64,000 bases of DNA from Octopus vulgaris (Eukaryota): contig OX597834.1 of NCBI GenBank assembly GCA_951406725.2, positions 8,370,001 to 8,434,000 on the forward strand. Reading direction: 5' to 3'. Positions 41,662 to 55,504 of the stretch are shown piece by piece; positions within the stretch are counted from its first letter, which is position 1; each line of letters begins with the position of its first letter. The notes beneath the pieces are model-generated. The model was not told where the DNA came from. It saw only the letters and a program-made list of their open reading frames with translations, and made no database searches. The position numbers and the translations under genes were made by a program.

Positions 41662-42014
41662 TTTTTTAGAAGCACTCCGTCGGTTACGACGTCGAGGGTT
41701 CCGGTTGATCCGAATCAACGGAACAGCCTGCTCGTGAGATTAACGTGTAAGTGGCTGAGCACTCCACAGACACGTGCACCCTTAACGTAGTTCTTTGGGA
41801 TATTCAGCGTGACACAGAGAGTGACAAGGCCGGCCCTTTGAAATACAGGTACAACAGAAACAGGAAGTAAGAGTGAGAGAAAGTTGTGGTGAATGAGTAC
41901 AGCAGGGATCACCACCATCCCCTGCCGGAGCCTCGTGGAACTTTAGGTGTTTTCGCTCAATAAACACTCACAACGCCCGGTCTGGGAATCGAAACCGCGA
42001 TCCTATGACCTCCA
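41662..42014 (-). mobile_element. SINE C with a deletion in the head and 12-bp TSD
   Basis: TSD ctattgtcaaat at 41650-41661 and 42015-42026. Confidence 0.9.
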
Positions 42015-42313
42015 CTATTGTCAAATATATAATTTGTTAATAAAAAGGAGGATGATTATGGTATTGTTAAAGAAGGAATAGAAAATAGAACGGTGAGGCA
42101 TCCTCGGATCTTGGCTCTGGGAAAGTTACGCTCTGGAAATAGTGGGTAAAAGAAACTGCTGCTTTTAAAGCTTTCTACGTTTCTTTGATCTTCTCCACTT
42201 AATTTCTTCCAGGGAGTGTGCCATGGAATTTCTTTGACCTCACGCATGCGCACACGTTAAACCTTCAATCTGTACAACATGTTTTGTTTAATTTCATTCT
42301 TTGTTTCATGCAT

Positions 42314-42717
42314 ACTCTTTTTACTTGTTTCAGTCATTTTGACTACGCCCATGCTGGTGCACCGCCTTTAATCGAGCAACTCGACCCCGGGACTTATTCT
42401 TTGTAAGCCCAGTACTTATTCTATCGGTCACTTTTGCCGAACCGCTAAGTGATGGGGACGCAAACACACCAGCATCGGTTGTCAAACAATGCTAGGGGGG
42501 ACAAACACAGACACACAAACACACACACATACACATATACATATACATATATACGACAGGCTTCTTTCAGTTTCCGTCTACCAAATCCACTCACAAGGCT
42601 TTGGTCAGCCCGAGGCTATAGCAGAAGACACTTGCCCAAGGTGCCACGCAGTGGGACTGAACTCGGAACTATGTGGATGGTAAACAAGCTACTTACCACA
42701 CAGCCACTCCTGCACCT
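42314..42717 (-). mobile_element. SINE family A
   Basis: Full-length match to other A copies. Confidence 0.9.
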
Positions 42718-42972
42718 ACACGTTTGTCGTCACAGATAAAGAACAGCTCACGTGGTGTGTGAACGTCACAAGGTCTTGTATCTGAACTGAAACTCCCCCT
42801 ATTAAAATGTTGCATTTGTTTATCCCGTTGTTCACAAACAATTTCTTATTTCTCACGTAATGACAGGACAAGTTTCAGTCACGTTACATGCATCCAAGAC
42901 TATCATTCCGATGTATTCGTGTATGGAGCATTTTTCACGACATTAATCACTGACATCTTCATTCCGTTCTTA

Positions 42973-43358
42973 GATAGAAGCACTCTGTCGGTTACGACGA
43001 CGAGGCTTCTGGTTGATCGAATCAACGGAACAGCCTGCTAGTGAAATTAACGTGTAAGTGGCTGAGCACTCCACAGACACGTGTACACTTAACGTAGTTC
43101 TCGGGGATATTCAGCGTGACACAGAGAGTGACAAGGCCGGCCCTTTGAAATACAGGTACAACAGAAACAGGAAGTAAGAGTGAAAGAAAGTTGTGGTGAA
43201 AGAGTACAGCAGGGATCACCACCAACCCCTGCCGGAGCCTCGTGGAGCTTTAAGTGTTTTCGCTCAATAAACACTCACAACGCCCGGTCTGGAAATCGAA
43301 ACCGCGATCATATGACCGCGAGTCCGCTGCCCTAACCACTGGGCTATTGCGCCTCCTT
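42973..43358 (-). mobile_element. SINE C with 12-bp TSD
   Basis: TSD attccgttctta at 42961-42972 and 43359-43370. Confidence 0.9.
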
Positions 43359-43621
43359 ATTCCGTTCTTATTTCGACAGAGTATACAGTTTCATATATCC
43401 TCTGTTATGGAAATATCGCCGCATATATTGGACAGATTTGTAAAGAAACCTGTTTTACCTGCTGGTTATAAGATGGCACCTACATTATATCTACTTTCCC
43501 GTTGAGGCGATGCGCGCTAGATGACACATCATACTTGTCAACAAAATCCTGTCAATTTTTTTAATTATTTATTTTCCATTATGTGGTGCACCTTACGATA
43601 TACTTGTACTTTTAGGTGGTG

Positions 43622-44015
43622 TCTCTCTCTCTCTTTTACTCTTTTACTTGTTTCAGTCATTTGACTGCGGCCATGCTGGAGCAACGCCTTTAGTCGAGCA
43701 AATCGACCCCGGGACTTATTCTTTGTAAGCCCAGTACTTATTCTATCGGTCTCTTTTGCCGAACCGCTAAGTGACGGGGACGTAAACACACCAGCATCGG
43801 TTGTCAAGGAAAGGCTAGGGGGACAAACACAGACACACAAACATATACACACACACTTATATATATATACATACATACGACAGGCGTCTTTCAGTTTCCG
43901 TCCACCAAATCCATTCACAAGGCATTGGTCGGCCCGAGCCTATGGCAGAAGACACTTGCCCAAGATGCCACGCAGTGGGACTGAACCCGGAACCATGTGG
44001 TTGGTTAGCAAGCTA
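43622..44015 (-). mobile_element. SINE family A
   Basis: Match to other A copies. Confidence 0.9.
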
Positions 44016-44443
44016 ACAGCAAATTGTAATTATCTTTGTCAATAATGTACGTCAAACAGCCTCAATGTTTGTGAAAAATGTATATTTAGTTGTTTTTCAG
44101 TGTATCACTTTAAATGATCGTGGTATATTATCGCTGTATCTTAAAAAGGTTCTTATTTTCTTATGTGACGAACTGTGATGTCCTGCTGCGTATTTCATTC
44201 TCATTTCTATTATTGTCTTCTGCATCTACGCAAAGGTGTTGTCATTTATAGCTGGAAGGAAGTTTTACATTCAATGTAAACATAAGGAGGATATGTTTGA
44301 ATAATAATAAAAAAAATGAGGTTTTTTATTACCGAAATGAGTGACGTTCGTAGCGATCTCGAATCACGTGTTTTTCATTTATTGTTTCATATACATGAAT
44401 ATATGTGTGTGCGTGCGCGTATTTGTGTAGGTATGTGTGTGTA

Positions 44444-44676
44444 AGAAGGTGGCGAGCTGGCAGAACCGTTAGCACGCCGAACGAAATGCATAGCCGTATT
44501 TAGTCTGCTGTTACGTTCTGAGTTCAAATTCCGCCGAGGTCGACTTTGCCTTTCATCCATTCAGGGTCGTTAAATTAAGTACCAGTTACGCACTGGGGTC
44601 GATGTAATTGACTCAATCCGTTTGTCTGTCCTTGTTTGTCCTCCTTATGTTTAGCCCCTTGTGGGTAGTAAAGAAA
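44444..44676 (+). mobile_element. SINE B1 monomer with 16-bp TSD
   Basis: TSD taggtatgtgtgtgta at 44428-44443 and 44677-44692. Confidence 0.9.
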
Positions 44677-45209
44677 TAGGTATGTGTGTGTATGTATATG
44701 TGTGTATGTATGTCTGTATTTATGTATATAGACGCACAGTAGATATATATTGTTGCCGCCTTAAGAATTTATAATCTTCGAAAGAACGTCAAATATATTT
44801 TTTTTGTATTTTTGAATGTTCGCACATTGTTTCATTCGCTATTTTTGCTTCTTGTTTCCGCACAAATAAGCCAGATTCACAGGTGATGTCCGTCCAGCTT
44901 AATTCATTCCTTAACTTCGTCTTTGAAATATTGCCAAATGCTTCACATTTTACAGACAATTTTTATCACAGCAAAAAATGTGCAACTGACCTTTTCATAA
45001 AAGCAAGATGATTAATAATGTCGGTGCAGAGCATACATCGTTGATTGTCCTTAATTTGCTGCAAGAATTTAAGACCTATATGCCCATCATTTGAACACGC
45101 AAGCAATTCACTATCACACCAATACTGTCCATGATAACAAACAATACAAATCAAAATAAAAATGTCGAATTTGTTTACTCCCTCACCATAAGTTGTATAT
45201 GGCCTTGTG

Positions 45210-46015
45210 CTAAGTGGTATGAAAAAGTTACCGGATATGTTATGTTTAATAAAATGTACCTTATTTACCTGAGTTTTAACATAATCTCCTTCGAAATACA
45301 CAGGTCCCAGCGTTCTCACCACTTTTAGAATCAGGCCTGGCAGTGGTTTTCCGTAAGTGAGTCGAGGTCCGTCTGTGATTCGCTCTGGTTCTCGATAACA
45401 GTGTTAAATCGGTGACCTTTGAGCTGCATTTTCATCTTAAGGAAGAGATTAAAATCCACTAGAACTTAATCTGGCGAATAGGGTGGGTGTCGAAGAAATC
45501 AAAGTTTGATTTTGGGGTGAAGCTCTGGAGTGAGGAGAGCTCGGTGGCAGGGTGCATTGTCTTCGTGAAGAATTCAATTCTTTGCGCTCTACAGATTTGG
45601 TCACCCATCACCGAGTGTCCTCCCTGCAGTCGCGCTCTCGATTGATAACCCAGCCCTAAGGGACGAATTCTTGATGCACAATAGCTCATTTCTGGGGTTG
45701 AAGGTGGTAGCAATTTTTTCCAGATCGCTCATCGTCTTCGAAGGACGTTCTTCCGCTTCTGAAGCGCCTCTACAACGCGAAACATTGTATACAACCCATT
45801 GCCTCGTCACCGTTTGCTTGCTGAAGTATGCTCAATGTCTCTGTAGCAGACCTAAGTATAACGCAAAATTTCACGTTGGCTGTTCATTTCTTTCCATGAC
45901 AAAATCGGTGAATGCAGCGTACACCTGATCATAAAAACACAAATTTCACAACTTACGAAGTAAACACAACAATGTCACTCGGCACTTTGCCTCATAAAGG
46001 TCCACTGGCAACTCT
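45210..46015 (-). pseudogene. Mariner (DD34D) transposase remnant, internally deleted
   Basis: ANVKFCV..SATETLSILQQANGDEAMG..RRFRSGRTSFEDDERSG; IVHQEFVP; ILHEDNAPCH; HPPYSPD..DFNLFLKMKMQLKGHRF; ERWD..YFEGD, with stops and frameshifts. Confidence 0.88.
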
Positions 46016-46390
46016 CTGTGAATTTTCAATCCAAACAGATCAGGTGCTTGAGCATAACAGACCGCACCGAGTGGTTGTGGATAAGGTGCACCACATATGC
46101 TATGCAGTTGACGTTGCATGCCCCTTTGACCAACGAATAGTCAAGAAGGAAGGTGAAAAGATAGCTAGATACAACCCTCTTAATTACGAAAAAGCCCGGC
46201 TATGGAAAATGAAGGTGAGGATGGTGCGAATTGTTGTTGGATCCTTGGGAATAGTATCAGAAGGCATCAACAGGAATATAAAGGAAATTAGAATAGAGTG
46301 CCCTGTAGTATTGTTATAAAAGATTTGCATCCTTGTCACAGCCAGAATAATCGGAGAGGTACTAGCTGAAAAGAACGAATAACATGGTAC
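46016..46390 (+). pseudogene. R4/Dong-type non-LTR retrotransposon 3' end (restriction-like endonuclease domain)
   Basis: FSIQTDQVLEHNRPHRVVVDK..CYAVDVACPFD..KEGEKIARY..RLWKMKV..IVVGSLG matches the RLE RPD...D...K motif. Confidence 0.85.
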
Positions 46391-46402
46391 CGTAGGAGGC
46401 AG

Positions 46403-46676
46403 GTGGAATTTGAACTCAGAACGTAGCGGCAGACGAAATACCTATTTCTTTACTACCCACAAGAAGCTAAACACAGATGGGACAAACAAGGACAGACAAA
46501 CGGATTAAGTTGATTACATCGATCGCATTGCGTAACTGGTACTTAATTTATTGACCCCGAAAGGATGAAAGGCAAAGTCGACCTCGGCGTAATTTGAACG
46601 CAGAACGTAGCCGCAGACGGAATACCGCTAAGCATTTCGTCCGGCGTGCTAACGATTGTGCCAGTTCCTCGCCTTA
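46403..46676 (-). mobile_element. SINE B1 plus ~40 bp of a second unit
   Basis: Tail joined at gaaatacc|tatttc to gaatttgaactcagaacgtagcggcagac. Confidence 0.85.
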
Positions 46677-47369
46677 AAAACTTAAATCGTAATGTCTGTT
46701 TAATAATCTATTCTAGTATCCCTTGTTATAATAATTCGGCTGAGGAATTTGACAAGCTCTGAAAATATGAACATCTGCTCATTCAAACTGAAAATTATGC
46801 AGCATCTCAAGACAGTTAGCAAACCAATGATTGTAGGATCATTTACAATGAACTGAAAGTTACTTGAGAATAATATTTGGCTTTGATGAAAGGCAAAGTC
46901 GAACTCGGCGTTATTCGAACTCGGAACGTAAAGACGAACGAAACATTGCTAAGCCTTGTGCGAGACGTGCTGCCAGATCGCCACCTTTCTAATAGTATTA
47001 ATAATTAGTAATTAAAACATCACATATAAATAATATAGGTCAATACGGAATAATGCATGAAGTCTGATATTTCTAAATAAAATATCAGTCTAACACAATA
47101 TTTAAGCACATCATTTTGAATAAGAATATACCCCCCCCCCATATATATATATATATGTATATGTATATATATATATAAACTTTTCACACAGAAACTTAGT
47201 TTGATTTGAAAACTCCAATAGAATTGGTGAAAGCGCTAATACAGGATCTAAGTTATATGAAGTATAAAAAATATAACATACAAATAAATATTTGTAAATA
47301 TAAACCATCCGATTTTCAGAGTACCTCATTTCTTCTAATATAAAATACCTGTACATCATCTCCAAACCT

Positions 47370-47755
<386 letters not shown>

Positions 47756-48452
47756 ATATATAAGAGAGAGTGTGAGATGTACGCTTACATACACAGATAC
47801 ATGTTTATATGCATTACAAAAGTGGACAGAGATGGATGTAGAATGAAATAAACAGAAGTCAAAACATCTCACATCCATATCGAGAACACAGGAACTTGGT
47901 GTGACTATTACAATACATATATGACACTTCGGTTGATTGTGTTGGGACCTGTTTGTCCCGAAAGTGCCCGAAGGCATTTTATGGTGTTGGGTTCAACATG
48001 AGACCAACTGTTGCATTCCTACATGTCCTTCTTCAAGAATTACACGTTTCTTATCTTTGTACTTACTGTTTTATTATCGTTTAAGTGCACTTAGATGTAT
48101 ATGCACCTGTTTCAGATTCCAACATTTTGTTCAACTGTCGTAATTATATATTCTTGTGCGTTTGTTGTTTTCACCCTTGGCGCACTTTTAAATTCTCCTA
48201 TCTCTCTTCGCTAACTACTCCGACCTCTTTGTGCGGTTTACTTTCCTCCATTTTCTAACCATCGTCATATCTCGAAAACTTTATTACTACTGGCAATGTC
48301 GCCTTCGTTTTCCGGTCGTCATGTCTTGACAGCAGGCGTTAGGCGATGCTCTCTTCTTTCCTTAAAGTGTTACTTGTGAAACAGAGGAAACAAAATTCTA
48401 GCGTCAATAGTGACTGTAGTTGCGTGTAGATCTTTTTTGTTTTCCTCTGCAG

Positions 48453-49421
48453 TTATAATACTATTCGACTAATAGGTGTCATAGGTATCATACTATATAA
48501 TACTATTCGACTAATAGCTATCATTTCGTACATAACCCATATAATACCATTCGACTAATAGGTATCATACTATATAACACTATTCGACTAATAGGTATCA
48601 TTAGTACATAACCCATATAATACTATTCGACTAATATGTATCATACTATATAAGACCATTCGACTAATAGATATCATACTATATCTATATAATATCATTC
48701 GACTAATATGTATCATTCCTACATAACCCATATAATACTATTCGACTAATGGGTATCATTCCTACATAACCCATATACTACTATTCGACTAGTAGGTATC
48801 ATTCGTACATAACCCATATAATACTATTCGACTAATAGGTATCATTCGTACATAACCCATATAATACTATTCGACTAATAGGTATCATTCGTACACAACC
48901 CATATAATACTATTCGACTAATAAGTATCATTCGTACATAACCCATATAATACTATTCGACTAATAGGTATCATTCGTACACAACCCATATAATACTATT
49001 CGACTAATAAGTATCATTCGTACATAACCCATATAATACTATTCGACTAATAGGTATCATTCGTACACAACCCATATAATACTATTCGACTAATAGGTAT
49101 CATTCGTACATAACCCATATAATACTATTCGACTAATAGGTATCATTCGTACATAACCCATATAATACTATTCGACTAATAGGTATCATTCGTACACAAC
49201 CCATATCATACTATTCGACTAATAGCTATCATTTCGTAAATAACCGATATGATACTATTCGACTAATAGGTACCATAGGTATCATACTATATAATACTAT
49301 TCGACTAATAGGTATCATAGGTATCATACTATATAATACTATTCGACTAATAGGTATCATTCCTACATAACCCATATAATACTATTCGACTAATAGGTAT
49401 CATTTCGTACGTAACCCATAA
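48453..49421. repeat. Compound minisatellite, ~23 units (mostly 43 bp, with 33- and 42-bp variants)
   Basis: Core ataatactattcgactaataggtatcat followed by tcgtacataacccat or actat. Confidence 0.97.
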
Positions 49422-49482
49422 AGACTCAGCTAGCTACTTTGGACAGTGAATTTTAATTTCTTTCTAATTATATTTTAAAATG

Positions 49483-50043
49483 TTGGCACAAGTCCAGCAA
49501 TTTTGCGTAAGGAGAGCTGTCGATTACATTGCCCCCTGTGCTAAATTGGTAATTATGTTACAAGCACCGAAAAGTTGGAAGGCGAAATTGGCAATGGAAT
49601 AATTGAAAGTCAGAACGTAAAAATGGACGAAATACCTATTTCTTTACTAAACACAGAGAGGACAAACAAGAATAGACAAACGGATTAAGTCGATTATATC
49701 GACTCCAGAGTGTAACTGGTACTTATTTAATCGACCCCGAAAGGATGAAAGGCAAAGTCCACCTCGGCGGAATTTGAACTCAGAACGTAGCGGCAGACGA
49801 AACACCTATTTCTATTTCTTTACTACCCACAAGGGGCTAAACACAGAGAGGACAAACAAAGACAGACAAACGGATTAAGTCGATTACATCGACCCCAGTG
49901 CGTAACTGGTACTTAATTTATCGACCCCGAAAAGATGAAAGGCAAAGTCGAACTCGGCGGAATTTGAACTCAGAACGTAACGGCAGACGAAATATCACTA
50001 AGCAGTTCCGCCCGGCGTGCTAACGTTTCTGCCAGCTCGCCGT
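49483..50043 (-). mobile_element. Old SINE B2 body with two B1 units joined at the gacgaaatac motif
   Basis: Diverged copy up to ~49636, then young B1 units, with a single head at ~49995-50043. Confidence 0.85.
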
Positions 50044-50094
50044 CAGATAACAGCAACAGCAACAACAACAACAACAACAACAACAACAAAAATA

Positions 50095-50272
50095 ATCCTT
50101 TTTACTAGAGGCACGAAACCTGAAATTTTGGGGAAAAGGATGGTGGGATTATGTCGACAATTGTGCTTGACTGGTACTTAATTTATCGACCCAGAATGGA
50201 TGACAGGCAAAGTCGGTGGAATTTGAACTCAGAACGTAGGAACGGGCGAAATACCGCTTACGATTCTGCCAC
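50095..50272 (-). mobile_element. Old SINE B2
   Basis: tggtacttaatttatcgaccc, atttgaactcagaacgt. Confidence 0.7.
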
Positions 50273-51436
50273 AACAATGATGATGATAAGAATGATAATA
50301 GCATTTTCTTGTTTTTTTCCAGAGGAGCCTCAGTTAAATGAGATATTGCAGACATAAAATTTGGGTTTCCAAACCAAATCGAATAAGTAAGAACATAAAC
50401 AAAACAAGCGCGCTAATATGAAAAGTGAGGCAGAAATTACAAACCGTGAAACAGGAGAATCAATGGATTGGAGAATATATTTTTTAAAGAATATATACCA
50501 CAAAAGAGTACTCAATATAACAAAAACCGTACACAGTACACTTAGCAATTATAGGTGTAGAAAGCAGGTATTTTCGGCAATATGAAGCGTATATTTAATG
50601 TGCAGCCATGGATATCAATAGTGATACATACATATGTGTGTCAGTGTATATAGGTAGTTTTTTTTTTTAGGTATGTCTGAATGGATGGATAGATGGATGG
50701 ATGGATGGATGGAGGAATACATGTAAATGATATTTCGTTTCAAATAAAAGAAACAATAAGTAGCAACATTGGCAGGAATTGTGTAGAACGTAAAATTTAT
50801 CAAGCATACAGAATATGTATCAGGAGAAATGCAAAGCGGATGGTTTGTAGGAAGGAAATTTTGAAGAAAGAAAGCAACACGCCATTATCATAAATGCTCA
50901 GAAACAAGCGATTACGACAATGCTTTTCTTTTTTTTTTTTAAAGAAAAGGTGGTGAAAACGCAGAAAGATATCAAATGTCAGAGGTGTTAGGAAATAGAT
51001 GAGACTTTTATCCATTATAATATGCGTATATATGTAGGTGATTCAAGGAGAATATCGAAAGAATACAAAATAGGATACAGAAAAGAAAACTGGAGGAAGC
51101 TAGTTGAAAACGTGGACGCACAGCAGACAAACTGGTATTACCAATTCTAGCTAGAAGCTTTTATTGAAAATTGCTATTATATGATCCTGTGGGATTTTTT
51201 TCTGTATAAATTGATAATACAACACATGAAGACAAACAGGATGTAATCATAATAGAGGAAAGACAAAAGTGTGTGATGTTATTCATTTTGCAAAGCTATA
51301 TAGTGACGAAGCTGGAACTAAATAAAAATGTGATATTAGAAGTGAATAGAGAAATCCCAGGGAATCAAAACGTCTGTGGAACGCGGCAGCAGCATTTATC
51401 TCAGATTTTGACACATATGACAGCATATGTATATAT

Positions 51437-51471
<35 letters not shown>

Positions 51472-51479
51472 TGTATAAA

Positions 51480-51524
<45 letters not shown>

Positions 51525-51570
51525 GTCTGTGTGTATGTGTGTACAATTACATACATGTATATACAGACGT

Positions 51571-51609
<39 letters not shown>

Positions 51610-51952
51610 CACGGACATACAGCACACGCCCGTAAACACGTATACGCACATGGATGCGGATATCTTTCTTTATGAGTATGGATGTTCGAGGATCTGCGCA
51701 AATTATTGTGTGCGTGTAAATGTAGAAGACTGCTTTCCCGGCAAACCTTAGAAGTAAACAGTGTGTATTGTTATCAAGTATAATCTCTATCCTATACGCC
51801 GGAGGACACATAATGCTCTGACGTAACAATAACAGAGAATATTATTAGCAGAAACTGTTAAATAAAGTCCATTAGTATATACAAATAGCAAGGTTTTTTC
51901 ATGGAAGCCGGATTATTATTAACAATATATATTCAGGAACATACAATTCCGA

Positions 51953-52004
<52 letters not shown>

Positions 52005-52235
52005 CACAAGGTACAATGTCTCATATACAAATGTATGTGTATGTCCGAATATATTCATTGCTTATGAGATAATTCGCTAGATAGCTAGGTAGTCAGATGG
52101 ATGGATGGATGGATTTAGTTTCACAGATATATACATGTATACACATGCATTTGTTTGTATATGGATAGGCCGTTGACATGGGCATACCTATAGATATTAA
52201 TTTAACTGATTTCCAGATATATAGAAACTTATATA

Positions 52236-52923
52236 CAGGGTGGCCCAAATGTAGGTTTACAGTTATCACGTATGTAATTTAAATTCTTTTTAAAACATTT
52301 TATTACATTTAAATCTGTATTTTACAAACTGAAAAGTGAGCTTGACAGAATTAACGGATCTTTTCGGTTTGAACGGCAGTTTTTTTCTAGCGATGTCATA
52401 TGAAATTGTCACCCATAATTATGACCCAAAATTGATCTATTGCATTTCAATCTCTTTTAGAGTTAGGGTTAGTTAGGGGTAGGTTTAGGGTTAGCGTTTG
52501 ACGTGGGTGAAGGGTATCTTTTTTTATTCACAAATGTAAATTAACCCAATCTGTTTCTTAAACGAGGGACATATTCATACGGCACAGAATGCTTTTTAAC
52601 TCAATAGACGTCACTGATTGGGTGAAATTGCAGAAATTGAAGAAAAACAACAACAAATATCTTACAAACTATAGAAATTTCTCAATAAATCCAAGAGAAA
52701 AAGATGTTTTATAAACACATTCTACCAGTATCCGAAGTTTTAAATTTTTTATTTACCTAGAAATAATGTTAAAAACAGCCGTTCAAACCGAAAAGATCCG
52801 AATTAACTAAATTAGCATAGAATAATGGCTACATTTTATTTTTATAATTAAGATCTAAACTGTTGATATATAAATGCGAAAGAGAATTTTTATTAACTGT
52901 TAAGCTACTTTTGGGCCCCTCAG
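52236..52923. mobile_element. Tc1/mariner-type MITE hosting a nested MITE
   Basis: TA|cagggtggcccaaatgtaggtttacagtt ... aactgttaagctacttttgggcccctcag|TA. Confidence 0.75.
52355..52800. mobile_element. Non-autonomous DNA transposon with 23-bp TIRs, 6-bp TSD and internal TTAGGG-like repeats
   Basis: cggatcttttcggtttgaacggc...gccgttcaaaccgaaaagatccg; TSD aattaa on both sides. Confidence 0.9.
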
Positions 52924-53204
52924 TATGTATATATGTGCGCGTTTGTATGTGTGTGTTCCTATGTGTGTGTGCGTGATATATTGTCTTAATTTACGAGAAA
53001 TAAATTTGAAAGAGGAAAAGTAAAGAAATTAGAAAAACTATATAAATAGAAGGAAAAACAATATGTCTCGTCTTTTGATTTATAAAAATGTTACAGGAGA
53101 CTGATAAGATATATAAATGGATTTAACCAAATTTTATATATTTTCTACTTAATATTGTGGTTACGAACCATCGGTTAGTAAGAAAACATTAATATAGGAT
53201 TAAA

Positions 53205-53530
53205 ATTTTAGCACAACGCCAGCGATTACACATAGAAGGGGAAGTCGATTACAGCGACCCCATTTCTGGACAGGTGCTTATTTTCTCCTCTCTAAAGCCA
53301 TGAAAACCTAAGTCAGTCTCCCTAGAGTTTGCTCCCACAAATGAAAGATGGACGAAATACCTATTTCTTTACTACCCACAAGGGGCTAAACACAGAGAGG
53401 ACAAACAAGGACAGACAAACGGATTTAGTCGATTATATCGACCCCAGTGCGTAACTGGTACTTATTAAATCGATCCCCGAAAGGATGAAAGGCAAAGTCG
53501 ACCTCGGCGGAATTTGAAATCAGAACGTTC
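53205..53530 (-). mobile_element. Young SINE B1 unit joined to a very old SINE B copy at gacgaaatacc
   Basis: Divergence changes sharply at the junction near 53361. Confidence 0.8.
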
Positions 53531-54619
53531 CATTTTGTCTGTGACTTCAAACTCTAAAGTATGTTCGCTATTTCTGTAGATCTTTTTTAGGAAATACTGA
53601 TTGATATCGCCTCGAAACTATTGTCTCAAAATTACGGATGGTATCAATATGGGCAGATGAAAAGAGACGAATATATAACCAAAAGACTGAGAAAGAAAAT
53701 ATTTAGTCGTTTCCAACAAATATTGCTATACACAGTTACTCTGTGTAAAAGATGTAGTAACACAACACACAAATCTTGCGCCCGCATCTTCAGAATAGCC
53801 ATGTTCAGTAATATAGCATGGTATGGTAGTGGTTATAAGATAAATTATCAGAATTAGATTCAATATTGTTAACGTGGAAATAAATGATATTTCACCGTCA
53901 AGGTACTTTGTAGGATATCCTTATATCTAAGGCAATGAAATGAAAATCCACTCTCAACTTCTGCTTCCATATGGCAATTGCAATTTCACGGAATGGCAAG
54001 TTTTCAGGGATCAATAGAGATTCAGAGGCAGCGGTTCATAAGGACGGGGCCAATATAAAGGAGTGGAATTGAGTTTCAATTGGAAGGAACCGGAACAGAT
54101 ATGCATGGTACCTCATTACACGCTCTTACACTTGTGCCAATATTGTCACAGGCTGGGAGTTTGTTGATGAAACGTAAATTTGAGGAAACTGATAGTTGGA
54201 TTTACACGAGGTATCAACTCAGATTGCAGAACGTTAGGGAGATATGTTGATGAAATGCGGAATTGATGAAATGCAATATTTATTCACGCATGGTGTCATG
54301 TCAGATCGCAGAAACTGCAAGTAAATCTCAACGAATCCAAGCCAACTGTCACTCGCCACCTTGAAAATAATATTACTGAACAAAAGTCTTTTCTTTGATT
54401 TTCCTGCTTAAGAGTCCATTATGATGCAAAAAGTATGTGTACAGTAAAGTTGGAACGAGTAAGAACATTACAATATCCATGCTCTGAGTTTTATCAAACT
54501 CCATAAAATCTTTGGCAAGTCGTACATTACAACTGGATGGATGGACGACATCGCCGCCCAAAATTAATGCAAGATTCATCTCAGCGAATAATGTACTAAA
54601 TTCTGTTTGTAATATTGGT

Positions 54620-54758
54620 CGACTTTGCCTTTCATCCTTTCGGGATCGATAAATAAAAGTACTAGTTTCGCACTAGGGTCGATGTAATCGGCTTAATCCG
54701 TTTGTCTGTCCTTGTTTGTCCTCTCTATGTTTAGCCCCTTGTGGGCAATAAAGAAATA
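54620..54758 (+). mobile_element. 5'-truncated SINE B1 with 9-bp TSD
   Basis: TSD aatattggt at 54611-54619 and 54759-54767; an old inverted B2 follows (54765-54965). Confidence 0.85.
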
Positions 54759-55139
54759 AATATTGGTTTCCAATTTTGGCACAAGGCTAGCAATTTCTAG
54801 GAGAGGATCAAATCTCTTACATCGACGCCAGGGCTCAGTCGGGACTTATTTTCTCGATCCCTAAATGATGAAACGCAAAGTCAACCTCAGCAGGTTTTAA
54901 TCTCAGAATGTAAAGACAGACGAAATGTCGCTAAGCATTTCGCCCGGTGTGTTAGGGATTCTGTTTCTAATATTAATTCTAATTAATTAATATTGAAAGA
55001 ATAAATTCAGAATCATCACGCCGGAAAATAATCTTAGCTGCACTTCGTACGTCCTCACATTCTGAGTTCAAATTCCACCGAGGTCGAATTTGCATTTCTT
55101 CCTTTCGGGTCGATAAAATAAGTACCAGATAAGCACTCG

Positions 55140-55504
55140 AGCTTTGGTGTTGGAGAAGACTTTTACGGATTCCATGGACAGCGAGGCTCACCAATGGAGA
55201 GATTCTTAGGCAGATGAGGCCGAGGATGTCGCTGGAGGCTGGGATCACCAAGCATAGATTGGCATATTTCGGTCATATTATGCAGAGGAAGTCCCTGGAG
55301 AGAGACATCATGCTCGGAATGGTCAGTGGCAAGAGAGGAAGGGGCCGACCAAGGACCCGCTGGCTTGACATCATCAGGAGTGACGCCGGAGTGGACATGG
55401 CCAGTCTGAAGGAGGCGGCCTAGGATGGAGCTGACTGGAGGGCCCTGGTCCAGCGGGTTGCCGGGAGTCGACTTCGACTGAGCGGTTAGAAAGAAAGAAG
55501 AAAG
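55140..55504 (+). mobile_element. RTE/BovB-like LINE, 5'-truncated, inserted into an old SINE B2
   Basis: ELWCWRRLLRIPWTARLTN..LAYFGHIMQRKSLERDIMLGMVSGKRGRGRPRTRWLD; (GAAA)n tail; TSD aagcactcg at 55131-55139 and 55505-55513. Confidence 0.92.

Noticed and set aside
48425-48452. Strong splice-acceptor-like sequence (tcttttttgttttcctctgcag); another near 29847
   Set aside because: No downstream open frame or donor site supports an exon; it would need RNA data.
48453-49421. CRISPR-like repeat/spacer appearance
   Set aside because: Linkers are short and recurrent rather than unique, there are no cas genes, and the context is eukaryotic.
52461-52495. Interstitial telomere or fusion site
   Set aside because: Only a few degenerate TTAGGG units, internal to a TIR element.
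54250-54370. Possible mariner HTH trace (LNESKPTVTRHLE)
   Set aside because: Too short and degenerate to call without a search.
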